Shown: positions 10,470-20,544, counted from the stretch's first letter. The stretch is DNA of 60,346 nt from Mycobacterium sp. (GCA_040511255.1 JBEVHL010000677.1:1-60346); one strand, 5' to 3'. Program-made: numbers and translations. Notes: generated by a model not told the origin, from the sequence alone.

Positions 10470-11402
10470 TCAAGACGCGACGCTGAGTTCCTTCGCGGTC
10501 TGCCTCGGCAGCGCCTCCGCAGCGATGGCCCGCAGGGTCCGCATGATCAGCGCGATATTGGGATCGCGCTGTCTGCCCGCGCGCACGACCGCACTGATGG
10601 TCCGGCCACCGAGTTCGATGTCCGGCACGAGCAACGACTCCAACCGCTCCGGGACCGACAGTCGCGGGACGATCGCCGACGCCGTCTCCGTGGCGGCAAG
10701 GTCGCAGATGTTCTGCGCGCCGATCAGCCGGTGCTTGACCACCGGGGTGAATCCCGCGTTCTCCCCGGCGCGCATGACCGCGGTGCTCAGCCCGGAGTTC
10801 TGGGGGCCGGTCACCCACTGGACGTCGGCCAGGGCGGCCAATCCGCCCTTACGGATGCGCAGGTGCAGGTGTGGGGGCGCCAACAGCACCAGCGGCTCGA
10901 ACAGTAAAGGCTCGCTGGTCAATCCGCCGAGGGAGTCGTCGCCGGAGAAGTCGTAATTGCACGTGATCGCGATATCGATCTCGCCCTGGCGCAGCAGACG
11001 CAACGCACCAGCGCTGGCTTCCTGTTGGACCTCGATCCGCAGATCGGGCTCGGTATCGCTGAGACGTTGCATCAACGGGACGGCCAGCATCGGGATGCCC
11101 ATGTTGAAGGCGGCGACAGCCACCTGGCCGGAGGTCCGGTCTCTGGTCGCCGCAACGGCAGTCATGGCTTCGTCGACTGCGGTCAGCACGATCCGAACAT
11201 GATCGACCAAGACCTGTCCGCTGCGGGTGAGGCCGAGCGTGCGGCCCTCGCGCCGGAACAGGATGGCTCCCGCTTCCTCTTCGAGGACGCGGAGTTGTTG
11301 CGAGACAGCAGAACTGGTGATACTGCGGCGATCGGCGACGGCGGTGACGGAGCCGAGGTCAGCAAGGTCGCACAACAGCATCATGCGGCGCAGATCGAGC
11401 AT
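10470..11402 (-). CDS. LysR-family transcriptional regulator
   Basis: MLDLRRM..GSVTAVA..TSSAVSQQLRVLE HTH. True start is ATG 11402, not the ORF-track start at 11693. Confidence 0.92.
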   Translation of the reverse strand: MLDLRRMMLLCDLADLGSVTAVADRRSITSSAVSQQLRVLEEEAGAILFRREGRTLGLTRSGQVLVDHVRIVLTAVDEAMTAVAATRDRTSGQVAVAAFNMGIPMLAVPLMQRLSDTEPDLRIEVQQEASAGALRLLRQGEIDIAITCNYDFSGDDSLGGLTSEPLLFEPLVLLAPPHLHLRIRKGGLAALADVQWVTGPQNSGLSTAVMRAGENAGFTPVVKHRLIGAQNICDLAATETASAIVPRLSVPERLESLLVPDIELGGRTISAVVRAGRQRDPNIALIMRTLRAIAAEALPRQTAKELSVAS

Positions 11403-11452
11403 CAGGCACCTGCTCGTGGGTAGGTGGCGGTGAAATTGACGGTGGGGTACAT
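11402..11452 (-). CDS. Putative 16-aa uORF (MYPTVNFTATYPRAGA) coupled to lysR
   Basis: GAGG 6 nt before ATG; its TGA overlaps the lysR ATG (TGATG). Confidence 0.35.
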   Translation of the reverse strand: MYPTVNFTATYPRAGA

Positions 11453-11596
11453 AACAGACCTCATAGGCGAGTTCGTGTGAGCGGAGGGCCGACACCACGG
11501 GAGGTGTCGAGCGGGCGACGGCAGCGCGGGGACCGTGCGTCGGCGCCGACAGCGGCCGGGTTGGGTTCCCGCCAGCCCGGTAGACCGGAGCGTGGG

Positions 11597-11674
11597 TCAA
11601 TGACAACAACAGGCAGCGCTGCAGGCGCGCATGAGATCGACATGTCGTCGAACGGTGAGGGCTACCGAATTCAC
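11597..11674 (-). CDS. Cys-rich leader peptide MNSVALTVRRHVDLMRACSAACCCH (putative cysteine-sensing attenuator)
   Basis: Manual translation. RRHVDL motif plus C-terminal TGT-TGT-TGT run, like mycobacterial polycysteine leader ORFs; CACCAT 7 nt upstream fits a leaderless start. Confidence 0.75.
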   Translation of the reverse strand: MNSVALTVRRHVDLMRACSAACCCH

Positions 11675-11755
11675 ACCAGAAATGGTGACACACATATCAT
11701 GCGTCACCGGGAGGCTGTTTCTGCGAAGGGCTCTGCTATGCCCCTTGAACTGGGG

Positions 11756-12700
11756 TTACGTGGCGACCGCTCCAGGAATCAGCGCGGATGTAATTCCAGC
11801 GTCATCGAGTCGCCGCTGCGCCTCGGCATAGACGTCGGGGGCCAGTGGGCCACGCCGGGCAGCTTTCGCGTTGTCCCGAACATGCTCAGGGTTGGCCGTG
11901 CCGGCGATGATCGTCGTGACGCCGGGGGTGGAAATGGCGTACCGCAGTAAGAAGGCCTGCTCGGTGTCGCCCTCGCGTAGATCGTCCAGGCCGCTGTCCG
12001 CCCAGGTGACCGGACGACCGTCCGATGTCGTCTTCGGCTTCTTCCCGGCCTGCGCCACCCCGCCCCGCACGACGATCCCGAACCCCCGTCGACCGGCGAG
12101 TTCGATCCGGGTCTCCAGATCACGCTCCAGCGCTGAGAACGGAACCTGAAACGCGCTGAACTCCTCGATGTCCAAGTGGTCGTCGATGGCAGGCAAGGTC
12201 GACGACACCCCGAACGCCACGATCTTCCCCTCGTCACGCAGTGCGGTCAGGGTGTCCAGCACATGATCGCGTCTCAGTACCTCCAGTGCCGGGCTGATAT
12301 GCAGCTGCAGCAGGTCCAGGCGGTCGGTGCGTAACCGACGCAGGCTCTGCTCGACGCCGGCGCGGATGTTCGCCGGTGAATAGTCATGGGGCAGTGGCCG
12401 ACCCGGCGTGGCGTCCGGTTGGAAGTCCAGTGGGCAGCCGGCCTTCGAGGCCAGGATGTACTCGTCACGGCGGGACGCGATGTGCGCGCCGATGCGTTCC
12501 TCGCTGAGTGCGTAGTCGATCGAGGTGTCGATGAAGGTGATGCCTTCGTCCAGGACGGTGTTCAGCACCTCGGCCGCCACCGACTCGTCCAGTGGGCGCG
12601 GATTGCGGTGCGGTGTGCCCCTCAGTTCCATGGCCCCGAATCCGAGCACGGTCACCTCGGGTCCGTGGGCACCAAGCCGACGGCGTTCCAGATCGCTCAT
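11756..12700 (-). CDS. Aldo/keto reductase
   Basis: LGFGAMEL, FIDTSIDY, SLRRLRTDRLDLLQLH. Confidence 0.9.
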   Translation of the reverse strand: MSDLERRRLGAHGPEVTVLGFGAMELRGTPHRNPRPLDESVAAEVLNTVLDEGITFIDTSIDYALSEERIGAHIASRRDEYILASKAGCPLDFQPDATPGRPLPHDYSPANIRAGVEQSLRRLRTDRLDLLQLHISPALEVLRRDHVLDTLTALRDEGKIVAFGVSSTLPAIDDHLDIEEFSAFQVPFSALERDLETRIELAGRRGFGIVVRGGVAQAGKKPKTTSDGRPVTWADSGLDDLREGDTEQAFLLRYAISTPGVTTIIAGTANPEHVRDNAKAARRGPLAPDVYAEAQRRLDDAGITSALIPGAVAT

Positions 12701-12959
12701 GAGCCGAGTCTCCGTTCAGGCGGTGGGCAGATCAATCATCGGTGGCTACCGACATTGTTAACGAAAACTGCGCAATGCAAATCCGCACTGTTCCTACTTG
12801 GCTGTCGGACCGGGAGCCCGTTGGTGGAGATGAACGGTACCGACATGGCGGCCTGGGACCTGATATCCCGGGGGGATCGAAGGCCTCTATCTCGGCCGTG
12901 CACGGGGTATCCTCCATCGCGTAGACGTTGGCCTACGCGTCGTCGGCAAGGTGGTCATC

Positions 12960-13643
12960 ATGAGTACGGGCTGCGGGCCGCGAAATATCGTTCTGGTACA
13001 CGGCGCATTCGTGGACGGATCGACCTGGCGGGCGGTGTACGACCTCTTGGCAGTGGACGGCTACCACGTCGCCGTGGTGCAGAATCCCACCCTGTCGCTG
13101 TCGGGCGACGTGGCGGCGACACGGCACGTCGTCGACGCGCAAGACGGGCCGATCGTGCTCGTGGGGCATTCGTACGGAGGCGCGGTCATCACCGAGGTCG
13201 GCATGCACGACAAGGTAGCGGCCTTGGTTTACATCGCGGCATTCGCACCGGATGAGGGTGAGTCAGTGCGAGCGCTCGTGGGTGATCCCGCCGCGCCGGG
13301 ATCGCCGATCGTCCCAGTGGCGGAGGGGCTTTGGGCTCAAGACCGAGCAAATTTTCACAGTTCGTTCGGTGCGGACCTAGCCACCGCAGATGCCGTTTTC
13401 CTCGCCGACTCCCAGGTTCCGTGGGGGGAAGACGCCCTGACTGGGCCGGTCACGGATCCGGCGTGGCGCGGCAAGCCAAGCTGGTACCTGGTTGCGACCG
13501 ACGACCGGGTGATCCCGCCAGCCGCCCAGCGCGCCATGGCGCTGCGGGCTGGCGCCACCACAGTCGAGGTAGCCGCCAGCCATGCCGTCTACATGTCGCA
13601 GCCAGACGTCGTCGCCGCGTTCATCCGGCGGGCCTGCGGTTGA
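12960..13643 (+). CDS. Alpha/beta fold hydrolase
   Basis: VLVHGAFVDG, GHSYGG nucleophile elbow, C-terminal ASH. Confidence 0.88.
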   Translation: MSTGCGPRNIVLVHGAFVDGSTWRAVYDLLAVDGYHVAVVQNPTLSLSGDVAATRHVVDAQDGPIVLVGHSYGGAVITEVGMHDKVAALVYIAAFAPDEGESVRALVGDPAAPGSPIVPVAEGLWAQDRANFHSSFGADLATADAVFLADSQVPWGEDALTGPVTDPAWRGKPSWYLVATDDRVIPPAAQRAMALRAGATTVEVAASHAVYMSQPDVVAAFIRRACG

Positions 13644-13853
13644 GCAGCGTGTCACCGGACGCCCCGTCGCTCTCACGCCCTACTGGTAGCGTTTTTGGGG
13701 TGGCGGGTCTCGGACAGTGGTCTCCTGGAAGTGCAGTTGTGCAGGAACATGTTCCGAATTCACTCGCGCTTTTTCGTTGACGCGCGAAGAAGATGCGGCG
13801 GACTGGGCGGAGGTGCAGATGCGCTCTCCGACAAAGCTGGTGGCTCCGGTAAC

Positions 13854-13958
13854 CGATAGGTCGGCGTTTCCGAAGGCCGCGCGGATCTCGCGGAAGGCGG
13901 TGTTGACGATGAACAAGTCCAGCCTCGCCGAGAAAGCTGGAACAGAAACGACCAGCTC
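13854..13958 (-). pseudogene. Remnant of a DHA2-type MFS transporter N-terminus
   Basis: ELVVSVPAFSARLDLFIVNTAFREIRAAFGNADLS resembles the LDxxIVNxAxPxI first-helix motif; no continuation. Limits approximate. Confidence 0.5.
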
Positions 13959-14100
13959 GGCCGTGGCACGTGACTGCCCGTCGGTCGACGTTGAGCCCAA
14001 ACCGGTCTGGACCAGCTTGGTGATACCGCATAGGTGCCCACCTAACGAGAAGTGCTGCGACACAGCGGCGCAGGGCGCTCCCGCTCGAACCGAGCGGCAT

Positions 14101-14889
14101 TCACCGGCGTTGGCGAGCATTCAGTGGCAGCGTCCGTGGCTGCGGCGGACGAACCCGAGCCGGCTGCCGCGCACAAACGAAACCGCTCAATAGCGCGGCT
14201 GTCGTGTCCGGCTGTTCGACATGGGGCCAGTGCCCGGCGCCGGGCACATGCGCGATCTTGCTGTGGACGAACCGCGGGGCAACGAGGGCGCAGATCGTTT
14301 GACGGGATACGAAGCTGTCTTCGCTGCCGACCAGCAGTACAGGGGCGCTCACCGGGGACGGCCCGTCACCCAGCGGGTGTCCAGCAGCCCAGGCGCGAAG
14401 CTGTTGTTCAGCTAGTTGAGGCGGGGTGGCCAAGCTGCCCGCGACGAGCAGGTCGATAACGTCTTGAGAATGGTTCACTAGCAACGGCTCCCGTTCTTCG
14501 GCAGCTGATTGGGGCGTGCGCTGGCTGGCTGCGGCCGCGAAATCGGTGGCCTGAGCGGTGGACAGTCTTCCTCCGCGCATGGGGAACGGGGTGATGAGCA
14601 TCAGGCCCGCGACCGAGTTTCCGAGTGCGATGGCAACCAGCTCGGCGACCTGCGCGCCGATGCTGTGCCCGACCACGACGACGGGTCCCCCCGCGTCGAG
14701 GTGGTCGCGCGCGGCCAAGACCTGATGGCAATAGCCCTGCAGCACGCGGCCACGGACGGTGGTATCAGTGTCGACCTCGGACAACGTAACCGGAGCGAGC
14801 CGCCACCCGGGAATCTCGAGCCGTTCGACGACCCCGCTCCACACCGCTGCAGTGTCCTGGAACCCGGGAATGAACACGATCACGCCCAT
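14101..14889 (-). CDS. Alpha/beta fold hydrolase
   Basis: GHSIG, GSEDSF, GAGHWPHVE. Confidence 0.85.
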   Translation of the reverse strand: MGVIVFIPGFQDTAAVWSGVVERLEIPGWRLAPVTLSEVDTDTTVRGRVLQGYCHQVLAARDHLDAGGPVVVVGHSIGAQVAELVAIALGNSVAGLMLITPFPMRGGRLSTAQATDFAAAASQRTPQSAAEEREPLLVNHSQDVIDLLVAGSLATPPQLAEQQLRAWAAGHPLGDGPSPVSAPVLLVGSEDSFVSRQTICALVAPRFVHSKIAHVPGAGHWPHVEQPDTTAALLSGFVCARQPARVRPPQPRTLPLNARQRR

Positions 14890-15188
14890 CAGTCGCTGGC
14901 CCGCCTGACGCCGGAATGCAAGTCGGCGCTGGTCGGTGCGCGCTGAATTGCCGTGACTCGCCCTTCGGGTCTGTACCCGGCATCGAAGCGCTCGGCCGGC
15001 CTAGGTGGCGCCCAGCAGGCACGATGGTATGGCCGCACGCGTCCCTGACTCCCTACCGGCCGATGCAGTCGGAATCCACCTCGGGCCGGGCCTCCAAAGA
15101 CGACCTGGCATGACGCTGATCGTCGATCTGCCGTCAGTCTCCGCACCATGTCCGCTATCCCGCCCCGGCCCGCCTACCGCACCTCCTA

Positions 15189-15701
15189 TCAGCGAGCGGC
15201 TTGCTCGAACACCGCGACCATTTCAGCGTCCAACAGGCCGGGAACGCTCGACTTGGACATCTCAGGAAACTTTCCGAAGAACGCAGACGGCAGGTCCAGG
15301 TCGATGCGCGTACCTTCGCCATCGCGTTGTGACACGCAGACGCGTACCGGCGCGCCTAGTCCGGCCGCAGCGCTGTGTTCGAACAACCCGCGGGCAATGA
15401 CGGCGTTGCCGACGAGGTAGAACTTCGATTCGATCGGAATCCCTGCCAACCGCATGATCGAGCCCTGTTCGAACTCCCAGAACACAGAGAACTTCGACGG
15501 TTCGGATACCTCGGCAACGTAGGCCTCCAGCCCTGCACGGTCGTCGTGGGTGACGAACTCGTGGAGCTTGGGTACTGAACACCGCTGCAAGCGATGTTCG
15601 ATGTCGTACGTCACGTCGGCGAAGGACCTGTTCGAGTGGATCGTGACGAGGACTCCGTCGAAGTTCGACTGGGTCTTGCCCTCCGGGGCGCTGGTGGTCA
15701 T
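15189..15701 (-). CDS. DUF302 domain protein
   Basis: YLVGNAVIARGLF..AGLGAPVRV; GAAGGAA RBS. Confidence 0.7.
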   Translation of the reverse strand: MTTSAPEGKTQSNFDGVLVTIHSNRSFADVTYDIEHRLQRCSVPKLHEFVTHDDRAGLEAYVAEVSEPSKFSVFWEFEQGSIMRLAGIPIESKFYLVGNAVIARGLFEHSAAAGLGAPVRVCVSQRDGEGTRIDLDLPSAFFGKFPEMSKSSVPGLLDAEMVAVFEQAAR

Positions 15702-15854
15702 TGGCGTTCCTTCTGTAATGGCATGCGGTGCTGGCAATTACGAGCACCTGACACCACGATGCATCCTCGGCTTCGGTCGTGGGGATGCCGCCCCAACACT
15801 GTTATTGGCAGGACCAGGTTGACCGCCGCGGCTGCGCATCAGACAGGTGCCGGG

Positions 15855-16871
15855 TCAGACGGCGATGACCTCGGGCCCGGTGCCATTCAATCCCGCACCG
15901 TGGGTCTGGGCCTGCTGTCGGCTGTCGAGTTGGCTATTTCGCCAATCTCGTGGGCTCAGTCCGTACTCGGCCTTGAAGGCGCGGCTGAAGCTGGACATGT
16001 CCGAGTAACCGTGTCGCCGCGCCACATTCGCGATGTTGACCGCATCAGCCAACGCAAGATCGCGGCGACACGACTCCAGGCGGCGCGAGCGTATCCAGGC
16101 ATTCAGGCTGATGCCGGCGTCGGCCATCACGCCGTACAAGTTTCGCACGGAGATGAAGTGCGCAGCGGCGATCCGCTCGGGGCTGAGATCGGGATCGCGA
16201 AGGTGGCGATGCGTGTACTGCAATATCCGCCAGAGCAGGGTGTTCGCCAATGCCTCGGCGGCAGGTTTCGCGGCGCCGAGATGGGTGGCGATGACGGCCC
16301 GCACCAGATCGATACTAGGTCGCGCGACCAGATCACTATTCGGTGCGGTCAAGATCGCAGGGTCGGCAACCAGGCGCCGGAGATAGTCATAAGTCAACGA
16401 CGTCAGCGGGTCTCCCGGGCTGAGTACCGTGCCGCAAGCCTTCCGCACGTCGTCGTGTCGGAGGGCCAGTGCCGACTGAGGTATGCGGAAAATCTCCCCT
16501 CTGACACCGTGGTCGTTTATCAGGGAATACGGCGCCGTGGAGTCGTGCATCACCAGATCACCCGGCCGCAGCACCGCTTCCCTTCCGTCCTGCACGACAA
16601 CGCTTCTGCCTTCCACATGAAGGTTGAGAAACACGCTCGGTTCCGTTGCATCACGTGCTAGGCGGGGCGTCCGCTCGACCTTGCCGGCCGTGGTGCGCCC
16701 AGAACACACGGTGAGGTCACCAAGGTCGGTGATGACGACGCGGGCGCTTGGGGCAGAGTCTTCGCGTAGCCAGTGCCACTCGACGGGGATCATCGCCGCG
16801 CCCATGGCCACGTGCACGTACTCGGCGCGGTCGACTTCTTCTACTGCATCAGTGTTCAGGACTAGGGGCAC
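15855..16871 (-). CDS. AraC-family regulator (FeaR-like N-domain)
   Basis: LSPERIAAAHFISVRNL, GYSDMSSFSRAFKAEYGLSP; GGAG before GTG. Confidence 0.9.
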   Translation of the reverse strand: MPLVLNTDAVEEVDRAEYVHVAMGAAMIPVEWHWLREDSAPSARVVITDLGDLTVCSGRTTAGKVERTPRLARDATEPSVFLNLHVEGRSVVVQDGREAVLRPGDLVMHDSTAPYSLINDHGVRGEIFRIPQSALALRHDDVRKACGTVLSPGDPLTSLTYDYLRRLVADPAILTAPNSDLVARPSIDLVRAVIATHLGAAKPAAEALANTLLWRILQYTHRHLRDPDLSPERIAAAHFISVRNLYGVMADAGISLNAWIRSRRLESCRRDLALADAVNIANVARRHGYSDMSSFSRAFKAEYGLSPRDWRNSQLDSRQQAQTHGAGLNGTGPEVIAV

Positions 16872-16907
16872 CACACACTCCAAAGCTCCAGACGCCAAGG
16901 TCTTTAG

Positions 16908-16926
16908 AGTATACGACCGAACGGTC
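16908..16926. promoter_or_regulatory. TetR-type operator GACCG-AA-CGGTC next to minus-strand -10 TATACT of araC
   Basis: Inverted repeat 16915-16926; related site at 18669. Confidence 0.55.
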
Positions 16927-16948
16927 ATTATCGTCAGGGTTGGGCCGC

Positions 16949-17566
16949 TTACGGTCGTCGGTCAGTCCAACCGGCTGATGCGGGCAGCACTGCGATCAGC
17001 TGTTCGGCAGTCGCATGCACCGTCGATCCAGACTCGCCGAGCTTGTGCAGCGCTTCGAGGCCGTACAAACCGCCGAGGATGAAGCCGGCCAGCGCGTCCG
17101 GGTCTGCGCGCGGATCTAGATCGTGTTCGCGTTGAGCACGGACAATCGATACGGTCAGTGCGCGGCGGTATAGCTCGAACGTTGCGGTGATGCGCGCGGT
17201 CGCCTCCTCGTCGGCGGGTATGAGTTCGGCGGCGCACTTCGCCAGGAAGCCCCCCCGTCGCTCGGTGTCTGCCGCGCGGCGATCAGCCACGCAGCGAACG
17301 TGATTGACGATGCCGTCGTAGGCGGTGGACGGGGGTTCGCCGCCCAGTTCTTGGGCGGCGCGACGCAGCGACATGGCGCAGTAAGAGTCCAGCGCCCTCA
17401 TGAAGAGGGAGTGCTTGTCGCCGAACGCGGCATAGAGGCTGCCCCGGCTGACCCCGGTCGCGGCAATGAGGTCGCGCAGCGAAGTTCCGGCATAGCCGTG
17501 GCGCCAGAACTGATCTTGGGCGCTCTTTACCGCTTGGCGTTCATCGAATTGACGTTGTCGCCCCAC
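16949..17566 (-). CDS. TetR/AcrR-family regulator
   Basis: MGRQRQFDE..FWRHGYAGTS..GVSRGSLYAAFGDKHSLF. Confidence 0.92.
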   Translation of the reverse strand: MGRQRQFDERQAVKSAQDQFWRHGYAGTSLRDLIAATGVSRGSLYAAFGDKHSLFMRALDSYCAMSLRRAAQELGGEPPSTAYDGIVNHVRCVADRRAADTERRGGFLAKCAAELIPADEEATARITATFELYRRALTVSIVRAQREHDLDPRADPDALAGFILGGLYGLEALHKLGESGSTVHATAEQLIAVLPASAGWTDRRP

Positions 17567-17654
17567 TCATGTCACTTCGTTGAAGACCATCGCCGTCTTC
17601 ACCGTGGCCGGCGGGTGTCGTTGAAAGGGAACAGCATTCGGCATCCACCTGCGA

Positions 17655-18449
17655 TCATGTAAGGTTCACTGCGTTGAGGAAGCCTCGGGCCAGGTCGAGG
17701 TCGCCGTCGACACGCACAGCGGACGCCCACGGCGCGCGCTTGGTCGACCAGGCGAGGAAGTCCTCGGTCGTGGAGATGACGGTTGCCGCGGCGGGAACCG
17801 TCGTCGGCGGCTCGGTGACTGTCAACGTACCGCTGCGCCCGTCCAGGAGGACGGAACGACCGCCGGGTCCGGTCAACACTAGAGCCAGGGGAGACGTTAC
17901 CCGGGCAGCGAGCGCGGGTTGCATCTGCTCGAGTCCGCCCATCAACCACGAGATCGCCGCTGACATCCTGTCCTCGTCGAGGTCGGGAACGCTTAGGGCG
18001 ATTGGCCCCCTTGGTGCCAGGACGTCATACCGCAGATGCGTGACAAAGTCGAAGGCGAACATATCTGCGATCGCATGCAACGGGTAGGTGCCCAGGTCGA
18101 GCATCTGGGTCGTCGTGGACGCCAGGGGCTCGCTCTGCAAGGAGGAGAAGAGTTCAAGCCCGGAGTCGAGTTGATCTCGCAGGAATTGGATCGCCACCGA
18201 CGATGTCCAGTTCCGGCGTTCGGCGACGACCTGCTCGTTGATTGCCTCGATTCCGAGCGGTGGCGACTCCGCACCGTTGACTGCGGCCTGGAGTAGCTCC
18301 AGCAGAGACCCAAGGTGAATGAACACGTCCTTGACCGACCAGCCTTCTGCCGCACTTGGCGTCGTCCACTGTTCAGCGTTCAACTCCGCCGCCACGTCGA
18401 ATGCGTCTGCAGCTGCCACGCGCAACGCGCGGATTCCTTCAGCGCTCAT
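17655..18449 (-). CDS. Mycothiol-dependent maleylpyruvate isomerase-family (MDMPI/DinB-like) protein
   Basis: WTTPSAAEGWSVKDVFIHL, FVTHLRYD, SCP2-like C-terminus; AGGAG RBS. Confidence 0.8.
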   Translation of the reverse strand: MSAEGIRALRVAAADAFDVAAELNAEQWTTPSAAEGWSVKDVFIHLGSLLELLQAAVNGAESPPLGIEAINEQVVAERRNWTSSVAIQFLRDQLDSGLELFSSLQSEPLASTTTQMLDLGTYPLHAIADMFAFDFVTHLRYDVLAPRGPIALSVPDLDEDRMSAAISWLMGGLEQMQPALAARVTSPLALVLTGPGGRSVLLDGRSGTLTVTEPPTTVPAAATVISTTEDFLAWSTKRAPWASAVRVDGDLDLARGFLNAVNLT

Positions 18450-18668
18450 CAGGATCTCCTCACGTACAACCGGGGCCCGCAGCCGGGCCGGCCACGTGCC
18501 TAAGACCCGACGGTGCAGATCCATGGCGAGACTGAAGGCGCACCGTGGAGTTGCATCGGGTAGCGAAATACTAAGGCGCAGGACAGATCTAACATATGTG
18601 CAAATTCTGCAGGCCACTGTGCGAAAGCTGCAGGGGTGGCCGAGAATCCAGCAGCGGATATCCTCGTG

Positions 18669-18680
18669 GACCGATCAGTC
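18669..18680. promoter_or_regulatory. TetR-type operator GACCG-AT-CAGTC
   Basis: 10/12 match to the 16915 site; upstream of the MDMPI-tetR unit. Confidence 0.5.
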
Positions 18681-18755
18681 AAGTATGTTCCGTTTGGGCG
18701 TGTGGCCCAGAAGCGACGGGAGGGTTCGATTGTGTCTAGTAGCGGTGAGCACCCC

Positions 18756-18846
18756 ATGTTGGTCACCGGCGCGGCCGAAGAGGTCGGGTCCGTCGGCGCG
18801 ACGTTCACCAGGATCCTGCCCGGCGACGGCTGGCCGGTGCGCGCGC
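18756..18846 (+). pseudogene. Remnant 5' end of an NmrA-type oxidoreductase
   Basis: MLVTGAAEEVGSVGATFTRILPGDGWPVRA parallels ILITGAAGEVGSVSTTMVRMLLDAGWPVRA of 29198-30193. Confidence 0.65.
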
Positions 18847-18864
18847 CCGAGGGGAGGCGCAGCG

Positions 18865-19503
18865 ATGGCTGACGTCATTGCCGGCGTGGCGATTCCCGAC
18901 AGCACACTGGCGCGTAGCGCCACCGAGATGATCCGAGACACCACCAACGAATTGATCTATCACCATTCGCGGCGGGTATTCCTCTTCGGGAGCCTGCAGT
19001 CGCAACGGTTGGGAATCGAGCCCGATCCGGAACTGCTCTACGTCGCTGCGCTCTTTCATGACACCGGGTTGGTCGAGCCATACCGCACCAGTCATCAACG
19101 ATTCGAGATGGACGGAGCCGATGCAGCCGTCGACTTCCTTGTCTCACAGAAACACTCAGCCGCGGAGGCTCACACCGTGTGGACCGCGATCGCGCTGCAC
19201 ACCACGCCCCAAGTGCCCTACAAGATGGATCCGGTGGTCGCGGCCACCACTGCCGGGGTTGAAACAGACGTACTGGGTGTGCATCTCGATGCGATAGGGG
19301 GAGCCCACCTGGCAGCGGTCACATCGGCCCACCCGCGGCCAAACTTCAAGGCGGAGATACTGAGGGCATTCGCGGACGGCTTTGCCACGCGCCCCGACAC
19401 GACCTTCGGAACGGTCAACGCGGACGTGCTGCGGCACTTCGACCCCAGCTTCGAGCCCATCGACTTCGTGTCGTTGATCAATGAATCCGGGTGGGCGGAA
19501 TGA
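18865..19503 (+). CDS. HD domain protein (cyanamide-hydratase-like branch)
   Basis: YHHSRRV, ALFHD, RFEMDGA, IALHT; GGAGG RBS. Confidence 0.85.
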   Translation: MADVIAGVAIPDSTLARSATEMIRDTTNELIYHHSRRVFLFGSLQSQRLGIEPDPELLYVAALFHDTGLVEPYRTSHQRFEMDGADAAVDFLVSQKHSAAEAHTVWTAIALHTTPQVPYKMDPVVAATTAGVETDVLGVHLDAIGGAHLAAVTSAHPRPNFKAEILRAFADGFATRPDTTFGTVNADVLRHFDPSFEPIDFVSLINESGWAE

Positions 19504-19693
19504 AGGGCTTAGATCCCCTTTCTCGATGTCCTGCCGGGGATGAATGTGAGTCCCAGCCATGAGCGGTCAAGCCGTTGACTTTTCTCACCAACGTGGCGAT
19601 GGGCCCTGGTCGCCGATGCCTAGCGCACCTCGCTTCGGCTGCCGCCGGCGCGGCCGGGTCGTGCCACTCGGTGAACGGTCCTAGGCCCGCGGC

Positions 19694-20506
19694 ATGGCCA
19701 ATTACGGCAACTCCTTGGGCGATTATCTGCGGGCCCGCCGCGACCAGGTCCGCCCCGAGGACGTCGGACTCGTCGCTGGCCCGCGTCGACGGGTACGAGG
19801 GCTGCGGCGAGAAGAACTCGCGACACTGGCCGGCATCAGCTCAGAGTATTACCTGAGACTCGAGCAGGGCCGCGACAAACATCCCTCACCACAAATCCTT
19901 GCTGCCTTGGCGCTCGCACTCCAACTCGACGTAAAGGCTTCTGCGTACCTCGACGAACTGGTCTATGGCAGGGTGCGCGACGACCACCCCGATGCGGCTG
20001 CCGAGGTGGCGGCCGACGGGCTGGATGCACTGATCGAACAGTTCCCGATGCCGGCAATCGTGGCCAACCGGTATCAGGACGTGCTGGCCGCCAATGCCAT
20101 GGCTCAGGCACTTTCGACCCAATTCCGACCCGGTGAGAACTTCCTGCGCTGGCGCCTCGTCGACCCCGCGGCGAAGGACTTCTTCCGGGATTGGGAGGAC
20201 GCAACGGAGAACGCAGTGCGAGGGCTCCGCGAAGTCGCCGGCGGCGCCCCCGAGGATCCGCGAATGCGCGCTCTTGTCAGCGAATTCTGCTCGATCAGTG
20301 ACCGGTTTCGACAACTATGGGCACGAGCTGACGTTGGCTACTGCGTTGGAACAACTCGGGTGCGCCATTCCGCAGTCGGCCCGTTGGAGCTGCAACGCAA
20401 TCGGTTGACGGTGCCGCATTCGGTCGGACAACACGTCATCATCTACCGCGCCGAGCCCGGTAGCGCGTCGGCCCGGGCGTTGGACAAACTACGACGACTG
20501 ACCTGA
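19694..20506 (+). CDS. XRE-family HTH regulator with MmyB-like ligand-binding domain
   Basis: RRVRGLRREELATLAGISSEYYLRLEQGR. Confidence 0.92.
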   Translation: MANYGNSLGDYLRARRDQVRPEDVGLVAGPRRRVRGLRREELATLAGISSEYYLRLEQGRDKHPSPQILAALALALQLDVKASAYLDELVYGRVRDDHPDAAAEVAADGLDALIEQFPMPAIVANRYQDVLAANAMAQALSTQFRPGENFLRWRLVDPAAKDFFRDWEDATENAVRGLREVAGGAPEDPRMRALVSEFCSISDRFRQLWARADVGYCVGTTRVRHSAVGPLELQRNRLTVPHSVGQHVIIYRAEPGSASARALDKLRRLT

Positions 20507-20544
20507 CCCGGGAACAACTCAAGGGGAGGGACGCGGGCTGGTCA

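Noticed and set aside
11403-11693. N-terminal extension of LysR in the ORF track
   Set aside because: The HTH begins at ATG 11402; this region is better explained as a leader carrying short ORFs
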